Shown: positions 63,739 to 64,000 of the stretch, piece after piece | Layout: each line of letters begins with the position of its first letter | How positions within the stretch are numbered: position 1 is the first letter of the stretch | Source: a virus | Strand: one strand, 5' to 3' | Length of the DNA: 64,000 nucleotides | Virus record (IMG/VR): IMGVR_UViG_3300042868_004707 | Span: 32,001-96,000 of that record | Position numbers and translations under genes: made by a program | The notes under the pieces: generated by a model | Databases searched by the model: none | The model's input: only the letters and a program-made list of their open reading frames with translations | What the model was told of the DNA's origin: nothing

Positions 63739-64000
63739 ATGAAACATTACACACCCAAAGAAGTTAATCGAATTAAACAAGAGATTAGAACAGGTAAACC
63801 GTTACCTATTATTGCTGATGAATTATCAGAGGAGTTTGACAGACCACTATCTGGTATGTACACTAAGATAATCTTACTTGCTAAACAAACAAGAAAGATT
63901 AATAACACATGGACAGGTACTAATAACAAAAAAAGAGGTAGAAAACCTAAAGCTGTTCAAACTGTTAATCAAGAAATAATTGAATTTGAACCATTACCAG
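63739..64000 (+). CDS. Partial ORF, possible HTH protein
   Basis: MKHYTPKEVNRIKQEI...; runs off the window. Confidence 0.55.
   Translation, partial: MKHYTPKEVNRIKQEIRTGKPLPIIADELSEEFDRPLSGMYTKIILLAKQTRKINNTWTGTNNKKRGRKPKAVQTVNQEIIEFEPLP

Noticed and set aside
45292-63929. Minus-strand ORFs in the early block other than 59064-59483
   Set aside because: They overlap better-supported plus-strand genes or RNA genes (e.g. 58283-58477) and show no motifs
1-64000. Stop-codon reassignment as in some crAss-like phages
   Set aside because: Structural genes are full length in the standard code, TAG and TGA end several genes, and no suppressor tRNA was seen

Overview
AT-rich segment of a crAss-like (Crassvirales-type) tailed phage that probably infects a Bacteroidota host, judged by many TTG-N19-21-TAnnTTT(G/A) promoters. 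Positions 1-44.9 kb (minus strand) hold the late/structural block: a giant virion RNA-polymerase-like ORF running off the window, cargo/ejection proteins, tail proteins, Cys- and poly-Thr-rich fibre/decoration proteins, major capsid, scaffold-like protein, portal, terminase and an initiator tRNA. Positions 45.2-64 kb (plus strand) hold small early genes, a MoxR-AAA/vWA pair and a cluster of non-coding RNAs. The standout is a phage tmRNA (58497-59589) with an unusually long predicted 45-aa tag. Its T-loop is interrupted by a group I intron, which carries an antisense LAGLIDADG endonuclease with its own promoter. Other notable items are two tRNA-Leu-like shells with replaced anticodon domains, several orphan structured RNAs, seven homing-type endonucleases (two of which left a duplicated 5' end of the invaded gene), and poly-Thr tails/linkers shared by six virion proteins. 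All calls come from reading the sequence by eye; no searches or folding programs were run.
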